From the human T2T-CHM13v2.0 reference genome, Homo sapiens, in the NCBI RefSeq assembly GCF_009914755.1, contig NC_060927.1: DNA of 64,000 bases. One strand, given 5' to 3'. This document shows positions 63,701-64,000 of the stretch, piece by piece. The notes beneath the pieces are model-generated. The model was not told the DNA's origin. It worked only from the letters and a program-made list of their open reading frames with translations, and did no database searches. A program made the translations under genes and the position numbers. Positions within the stretch are counted from its first letter, which is position 1. The number at the start of each line of letters is the position of its first letter.

Positions 63701-64000
63701 TGTTTCTCAAGTAAGATTTGTCTTAATCATTTTCATGAAAAAGTAAATCTCTATTGCTCTTAAGTCTGTTTCTAAAGGAATGATAGGATCTCAGAATTGA
63801 AAGGGCCTTGAGAATTATTTAGTCTTTCTTTTATGCTATGTCCTCAAAACTTTAAGGTAGAACTATAGTTTTCACAGACAACAAGCAAACAGCCCTGATA
63901 CAGGGAGCTCAAGAGAGCCCTCATTTTATGTTGCACAAAAATCACAAGCTTAATCACTTTGTGTTTAAGCTCTATGTCAACTCTAACCAGTTCTAACAAA

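Overview
This is hominoid (human or great-ape) non-coding genomic DNA, intergenic or deep intronic, and rich in repeats. No host protein-coding exon, RNA gene or prokaryotic system is recognisable, and I cannot name the locus. Two full-length, same-strand LINE-1s offset by 17,334 bp dominate the window. The older is L1PA3/PA4-type (12023-18202) and keeps the 129-bp 5'UTR segment; the younger is L1PA2/late-PA3-type (29511-35542) and lacks it. Both are ORF2-dead. The window also holds a short L1 3' end, five Alus with TSDs, LTR12, MER51-like, MST and MLT1 LTRs, MADE1/MER DNA-transposon relics, L2/MIR and old L1M fragments. Most interesting: (1) the two L1s belong to different subfamilies yet share about 8 non-consensus substitutions, including the same ORF2 nonsense codon, suggesting patchwork ectopic gene conversion or an assembly artefact. 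(2) The first L1's TSD partner lies ~460 bp beyond its poly(A), indicating a 3' transduction that may be serial. (3) There are local templated-insertion scars. (4) A CpG-retaining, homeobox-motif-rich unique segment at ~53.4-54.4 kb looks like a conserved enhancer. Subfamily calls and consensus comparisons are from memory, not from an alignment run.
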